Shown here piece by piece: positions 59,387-64,000 of a DNA stretch of 64,000 nucleotides. Location of the stretch: positions 9,213 to 73,212 of the forward strand of contig JBILCJ010000001.1 of the NCBI GenBank assembly GCA_044353195.1. Reading direction: 5' to 3'. The notes under the pieces were generated by a model that ran no database searches, had not been told where the DNA came from, and saw nothing but the letters and a program-made list of their open reading frames with translations. This stretch comes from Bacteroidia bacterium (lineage in GTDB: Bacteria > Bacteroidota > Bacteroidia > B-17B0 > Aurantibacillaceae). Position numbers and translations under genes: made by a program. How positions within the stretch are numbered: position 1 is the stretch's first letter; each line of letters begins with the position of its first letter.

Positions 59387-60141
59387 TGGCACTCAAACGA
59401 ATTATACCTTGTTTGCTTTATGACGGGAGTGGATTAGTAAAAACGATTAAGTTTAAAAATCCAAACTACATCGGCGATCCTATTAACGCCATTAAGATAT
59501 TTAACGATAAAGAAATTGACGAATTAATAGTGTTAGATATTAATGCTTCAAAGCAAAAAAGAAAACCAAATTTTGAACAAATTGCACATATGGCAAGCGA
59601 AGCATTTATGCCTTTTGCCTATGGCGGTGGTGTAAAAACGTTTGAAGATTTTTCAACTTTATATAAATTAGGTATTGAAAAAATAGTAGTGAACTCATTG
59701 ATACAGGAAAAACCTGAATTGATAAAGAAAGTAGTTGAGCAATATGGCTCTCAAGCAATTGTAGCTTCTGTTGATGTAAAAAAATCAATTTTTAAAGGAA
59801 AGCTTCCCTATTCTTATATTGGAAATAAAATAAATGATTCAATATTACATTATGCAAAATATTTAACAAACACACTAGGAGTAGGAGAGTTGATGATAAA
59901 TAGTGTTGATAAAGATGGAACTTGGGAAGGTTACGATAACGAAATTATATCTCAGATATTAAATCATGTTGATGTGCCTGTTATTGCTTGCGGAGGTTGT
60001 GGAAGCATAAATGATTTAAAAAAAGTACTATACGAAACTGATGCAAATGCTGCTGCCATAGGTAGTATGGCTGTATACAGTAAAAAAGGAATGGGTGTAT
60101 TAATTAATTTTCCAAATAGAGAAGACATAATTATTGAATAG
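59386..60141 (+). CDS. hisF: HisF-type cyclase paralog (AglZ/HisF2/WbuZ-like acetamidino-sugar modification protein)
   Basis: RIIPCLL start, (beta-alpha)8 HisF-like blocks (DELIVLDI, GGGV, ACGGCGS). The start overlaps the hisH stop. Confidence 0.8.
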   Translation: MALKRIIPCLLYDGSGLVKTIKFKNPNYIGDPINAIKIFNDKEIDELIVLDINASKQKRKPNFEQIAHMASEAFMPFAYGGGVKTFEDFSTLYKLGIEKIVVNSLIQEKPELIKKVVEQYGSQAIVASVDVKKSIFKGKLPYSYIGNKINDSILHYAKYLTNTLGVGELMINSVDKDGTWEGYDNEIISQILNHVDVPVIACGGCGSINDLKKVLYETDANAAAIGSMAVYSKKGMGVLINFPNREDIIIE

Positions 60142-60142
60142 T

Positions 60143-60991
60143 ATGCAGAAAGAAGAGCACTGGGATTTAACCATTAAGCCACAAACACATTGGTATGATT
60201 TACGAATAAAAGAAATTTTTAAGTATAAAGATTTGTTATTCTTGTTTGTAAAAAGAGATTTTATTTCAATCTATAAACAAACAATTTTAGGGCCGCTATG
60301 GTTTTTTATTCAGCCAATAATTACAGCAATAACCTTTACTGTGATATTTGGAAATTTGGCAAAAATTTCAACTGATGGTTTACCACAAATTTTATTTTAT
60401 ATGTGTGGTATTACTTTATGGAATTATTTTGCTGATACATTAACTAAAACGGCTGATACGTTTTCATCTAATGTTAATATTTTTGGGAAGGTATATTTTC
60501 CTCGAATGATTGTGCCACTTTCTGTGGTAGTTTCTAATCTTATTAAATTAGGCATTCAGTTTCTTTTATTTTTATGTATTTGGATTTATTATTTAATCCA
60601 AACCGATTTAATTCATCCTAATAAAATGTTAGTATTAATTCCTTATTTAATTATTTTAATTGGATTTATGGCGTTGAGCTTCGGTATTATTATTTCAAGT
60701 TTAACTACTAAATACCGTGACTTGAAGTTTCTAGTTACATTCGGAATCCAATTGATGATGTATGCATCTCCCATTGTATATCCTCTTTCCATTGTTCCCG
60801 AAAAATACAAATGGATCATTGTTGCAAATCCCGTTACAAGTATTATTGAATCATTTAAATATGCCTTTTTAGGAGTTGGAGAGTTTAATTGGTTTTATTT
60901 GGGTTATAGCACGTTATTTACAATCGTTTTATTTATGATAGGTTTGGTTATTTTTCATCGTGTTGAAAAATCATTTATGGATACAGTATAA
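60143..60991 (+). CDS. wzm: ABC-2 type polysaccharide/O-antigen export permease
   Basis: Six predicted TM segments, DLLFLFVKRDFISIYKQTILGPLWFFIQP is a typical Wzm/TagG N-terminus. I prefer ATG 60143 over the listed TTG 60134. Confidence 0.85.
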   Translation: MQKEEHWDLTIKPQTHWYDLRIKEIFKYKDLLFLFVKRDFISIYKQTILGPLWFFIQPIITAITFTVIFGNLAKISTDGLPQILFYMCGITLWNYFADTLTKTADTFSSNVNIFGKVYFPRMIVPLSVVVSNLIKLGIQFLLFLCIWIYYLIQTDLIHPNKMLVLIPYLIILIGFMALSFGIIISSLTTKYRDLKFLVTFGIQLMMYASPIVYPLSIVPEKYKWIIVANPVTSIIESFKYAFLGVGEFNWFYLGYSTLFTIVLFMIGLVIFHRVEKSFMDTV

Positions 60992-60994
60992 TTT

Positions 60995-62281
60995 ATGAGC
61001 AACGTTGTTTTAAAAGTAGAAAATATATCAAAACAGTATCGTCTTGGTCAACTTGGTACTGGCACTATTAGCCATGATTTAAACAGATGGTTTCATAAAG
61101 TAAGAGGCAAGGAAGATCCTTATTTGAAGTTAGGAGCTATTAATGATAAAAGTGTTGCTGATGGTAGCGATTATGTGTGGTCATTGAAAGATATTAATTT
61201 TGAAGTGAAGCAAGGCGAAGTACTAGGTATTATTGGAAAGAATGGCGCAGGAAAATCAACTTTATTAAAAATATTATCACAAGTTACTGCCCCCACAACT
61301 GGGAAAATAAAAGTAAAAGGCCGTATTGCAGCATTGTTAGAAGTTGGAACAGGCTTTCATCCTGAACTAACTGGAAGAGAAAATATTTTTTTGAATGGTG
61401 CTATTTTAGGAATGACTAAGAGTGAAATAAAAAGTAAGTTTGATGAAATTGTTGAATTTAGTGGTGTGGCAAAATATTTAGATACTCCTGTAAAGCGTTA
61501 TTCATCTGGCATGATGGTTCGACTAGGGTTTGCAGTCGCCGCCCATTTAGAACCTGAAATTTTAATTGTTGATGAAGTATTAGCTGTTGGCGACGCTGAA
61601 TTTCAAAAAAAATGTTTAGGAAAAATGAAGCAAGTGAGTGGAGAAGGAAGAACAGTTTTATTTGTAAGTCATAATATGCCATCTATTAAATCACTCTGCA
61701 CTAAAGGTTTGTTTCTTGAAAATGGCAATGTGAAATTTGACGGAAATATAGATCAAACTATTTCAAGTTATTTCAATTCAGGAATCACAGCATTAAATCA
61801 GATAGGGATTATTCCTGATAATCATCCTAGATATTCAACAGGCGAGGCTAAAATTAGAGAGGTATTCTTATTAGACGAAAAAGAACAGATCACAAATGAA
61901 CTTTTTTTTAATTCACTTATTAAATTAAAAATTAAAATAGAAGTAGTACAAAAAATTAATGATGTAATTATTGATGTTAAAGTGGTTTCAAAAGATGGGA
62001 TCATTATTTCATATTCAATTAATTCATCAAATTTAAAAGATCTTTATAATTTAGAGAAAGGTATTTCAGTGTTTGAAGTAACTATGCAGAATCAATTTCA
62101 GCCCGGTAGTTATGATTTAACTGTGGGAGTACATTTTGCAAAAGGTGTAACAATAGATTATTTGGAACATATATATCCTTTTGATGTTTTAAACATTGGA
62201 AAAGGAAACGAAGACGATTACTTATTAAATTGGCAATTTGGATATATTAATTTGCCGTCAACATGGAAAAAAAATAATTAA
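60995..62281 (+). CDS. wzt: Polysaccharide/O-antigen export ABC ATPase with C-terminal extra (carbohydrate-binding-type) domain
   Basis: [21 protein letters not shown] signature, [12 protein letters not shown] Walker B, and about 170 extra C-terminal aa. Confidence 0.85.
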   Translation: MSNVVLKVENISKQYRLGQLGTGTISHDLNRWFHKVRGKEDPYLKLGAINDKSVADGSDYVWSLKDINFEVKQGEVLGIIGKNGAGKSTLLKILSQVTAPTTGKIKVKGRIAALLEVGTGFHPELTGRENIFLNGAILGMTKSEIKSKFDEIVEFSGVAKYLDTPVKRYSSGMMVRLGFAVAAHLEPEILIVDEVLAVGDAEFQKKCLGKMKQVSGEGRTVLFVSHNMPSIKSLCTKGLFLENGNVKFDGNIDQTISSYFNSGITALNQIGIIPDNHPRYSTGEAKIREVFLLDEKEQITNELFFNSLIKLKIKIEVVQKINDVIIDVKVVSKDGIIISYSINSSNLKDLYNLEKGISVFEVTMQNQFQPGSYDLTVGVHFAKGVTIDYLEHIYPFDVLNIGKGNEDDYLLNWQFGYINLPSTWKKNN

Positions 62282-62285
62282 AAAA

Positions 62286-63236
62286 ATGATAGAAAATAAA
62301 AAAGTATTTATTACAGGAGGAGCTGGTTTTATAGCTAATACAATTATTTCAAGATTAGTAGAAAACAATCAGATTATAGTTTATGATAATTTTCATCGAG
62401 ATACTTTAAGTTCATCTGTTTATGCTAATCACAAAAATATCTCGATAGTAAAAGGCGATGTTTTAGATTTAGAGTCTTTAACAAAAGCAATGAAGGGAGC
62501 TGATATTGTTATTCATGCTGCAGGAATTGCAGGAATTGATACAGTGATAAAAGATCCTGTGAAAACGATGCGTGTAAATATGATAGGCACGGCTAATGCA
62601 TTGGAAGCAGCATACGTTAATAATGTTAAAGATAGATTTATTGACTTTTCAACTTCCGAAATTTTTGGTTCTTATGCTTTTAAGTCTACTGAAGAAGATA
62701 ACACTGTATCAGGAAGTGCTGGTGAAGCGAGATGGACTTACGCGGTTAGTAAACTAGCAGGAGAACATTTGGCACACGCTTATTTTAAAAAATATAATTT
62801 GCCTACAGTAACAGTTAGGCCGTTTAACGTTTATGGTCCGGGGCAAACAGGAGAAGGAGCTATTCAGATATTTATAAAAAAAGCATTGAAAAACGAAGAT
62901 ATATTTATTAACGGTGATGGAAATCAAATAAGAGCTTGGTGTTATGTTGATGATTTTGTTGAATGCATCATGTTAGCACTTTCAGATAAAAGAGCTGTTG
63001 GAGAAAGTTTTAATATTGGTAACGCTCGGGCAGTAACAACTATTTTAGGTTTAGCTGAAACAGTTTTAAGAGTTTTAAAATCTGATTCGAAAATAGTTTT
63101 CAAAGATTCATTATCGGCTGATGTAGAGTTAAGAATTCCTAGTGTTGAAAAAGCAAAAAAACTACTAAATTTTAAAGCTAAAATTGATTTAGAAGAAGGT
63201 ATTTTGATTACGGCCGAATCATTTAAATTAAAGTAA
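62286..63236 (+). CDS. NAD-dependent sugar-nucleotide epimerase/dehydratase (extended SDR)
   Basis: GGAGFIAN Rossmann motif and YAVSK catalytic motif. I prefer ATG 62286 ([12 protein letters not shown]) because the listed 62238 start overlaps wzt. Confidence 0.85.
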   Translation: MIENKKVFITGGAGFIANTIISRLVENNQIIVYDNFHRDTLSSSVYANHKNISIVKGDVLDLESLTKAMKGADIVIHAAGIAGIDTVIKDPVKTMRVNMIGTANALEAAYVNNVKDRFIDFSTSEIFGSYAFKSTEEDNTVSGSAGEARWTYAVSKLAGEHLAHAYFKKYNLPTVTVRPFNVYGPGQTGEGAIQIFIKKALKNEDIFINGDGNQIRAWCYVDDFVECIMLALSDKRAVGESFNIGNARAVTTILGLAETVLRVLKSDSKIVFKDSLSADVELRIPSVEKAKKLLNFKAKIDLEEGILITAESFKLK

Positions 63237-63986
63237 TTGCAAAAACTTTTTTTGTTAGGATCTACCAGTTTTGTTGGTAAAAATATTGTAGGAGAATTAA
63301 AAAAACACTACGAGGTAATAGAATTATCAAGACCTTATTTTGATTTTTTAGATCCAAAAACATACTCAACGATTGATTTTTCTAAATCAATTATTGTGGA
63401 TTGCATAAATGTAAATAATGGTAATGTTTATGATATAGAAAATTGTAATTTGAATGGATTCAGATTATTTTTAGATAATATTATTCAACATCATAAACAA
63501 ACTAAATATATATATATTTCTACTATATCAGTTATTTCTGATGAAATAGTGAGTCAGAATAAATATGTAAAGTCTAAATTGTTAGCTGAAGACTATTTAA
63601 AAGAATCAGGTATACTGAATCATATTATTAGACTTACTTATCCTATTGGCAAGGGTGAAAATAAATTGAGATTAACAAGTAGATTAATAAAGGATATTAA
63701 AAATAAAGAACATATTACAATTTCAGATATCAAAATTAATTTAACTCCTATAAAATGTCTTGCTGAAAATATTTTTCAACTAACTCAGTTTGAAGAAAAC
63801 AAAACAACTTTTTTTTCAAACAATGTTTATATTTCATTGCAAGATTTTATAGAAACTATAGGCGAATTATTAAGCATTAAACCAAATTATATAATTAATA
63901 AATCTGAAACGCATTTTGAGCCAATTTCCGACAATCCTATAGGGTGCGATGTGAAATTATTAGATTGTTTAAAGGAAATGATATGA
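63237..63986 (+). CDS. Short SDR-like NAD(P)-binding protein (putative sugar-nucleotide reductase)
   Basis: N-terminal LLGSTSFVGKNI glycine-rich loop and YVKSK (YxxxK-like). TTG start immediately after the upstream stop. 249 aa. Confidence 0.55.
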   Translation: MQKLFLLGSTSFVGKNIVGELKKHYEVIELSRPYFDFLDPKTYSTIDFSKSIIVDCINVNNGNVYDIENCNLNGFRLFLDNIIQHHKQTKYIYISTISVISDEIVSQNKYVKSKLLAEDYLKESGILNHIIRLTYPIGKGENKLRLTSRLIKDIKNKEHITISDIKINLTPIKCLAENIFQLTQFEENKTTFFSNNVYISLQDFIETIGELLSIKPNYIINKSETHFEPISDNPIGCDVKLLDCLKEMI

Positions 63987-64000
63987 ATAGTAAAATGAGA
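63983..64000 (+). CDS. Start of a further glycan-locus gene (only 6 codons in the window)
   Basis: ATG at 63983 overlaps the upstream TGA (ATGA coupling) and reads MNSKMR to the window edge. Confidence 0.25.

Overview
AT-rich chromosomal segment that looks like Bacteroidota, probably class Flavobacteriia. Lineage markers are gldKLMN with a PorP/SprF gene (type IX secretion and gliding), exosortase XrtF, a UpxY antiterminator, DUF5686, DUF5606, DUF3109 and carotenoid genes. Most genes are housekeeping: carB, fhs, methylmalonyl-CoA epimerase, lptB, ppk1-ppx, nrdBA, pepD, tatA, gatA, apbC, ispG and glyA. There are also two sugar-nucleotide or glycan loci, at 37.9-42.1 kb on the minus strand and 55.8-64 kb on the plus strand. 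I found no rRNA, tRNA, CRISPR array, transposase or integrase. Two loci stand out. (1) At 6006-11580 a tight three-gene operon encodes a 413-aa protein, a 202-aa protein and a 1227-aa split-head, coiled-coil SMC-like ATPase. The order and sizes match MukFEB/MksFEB or Wadjet JetABC, but no JetD/MksG-type nuclease gene follows and the ATPase motifs are atypical. (2) At 54390-55697 an XrtF exosortase module is preceded by an unlisted-looking 69-aa gene. Its product has a signal peptide, a 20-aa Pro/Gly/Cys core and a C-terminal motif/TM-helix/basic-tail sorting signal, so it is a candidate cognate XrtF substrate. All functional calls rest on motif and family recognition by eye. No searches were run.
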